DNA from: Octopus bimaculoides
Lineage: Eukaryota
DNA: 52,364 bases
Reading direction: 5' to 3'
Assembly (NCBI RefSeq): GCF_001194135.2
Contig: NC_068981.1
Span: 165,028,246-165,080,609, forward strand
Under the pieces are notes generated by a model, which was not told where the DNA came from, did no database searches, and was given only the letters and a program-made list of their open reading frames with translations. The translations under genes and the position numbers were made by a program. Below, in pieces: positions 52,360-52,364 of the stretch (within the stretch, counting starts at the first letter, position 1; every line of letters begins with the position of its first letter).

Positions 52360-52364
52360 GTGTG

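Overview
AT-rich, microsatellite-dense eukaryotic non-coding DNA with ten N-gaps (4,100 N bases). The SINE families and repeat style point to an Octopus/coleoid genome; this is inferred from recalled repeat sequences, not from a search. No intact host gene can be identified. The window is mostly intron/intergenic sequence filled with tRNA-derived SINEs (working labels A, B, C, D) and decayed retroelements (R4/Dong-like, RTE, probable Penelope-like). It also holds Tc1/mariner DNA transposons: a TIR-complete maT/DD37D-like copy, a mariner remnant, a Tc1 5' end and three copies of a mariner MITE. A few isolated candidate exons exist but cannot be linked or named. The most interesting structure is a repeat-on-repeat pattern: SINE-C copies stack head-to-tail at their own ATT-rich tails, and Dong-like elements sit in (AAT)n tracts, once nested between SINE-C copies. 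I see no good evidence for a new protein-coding system.
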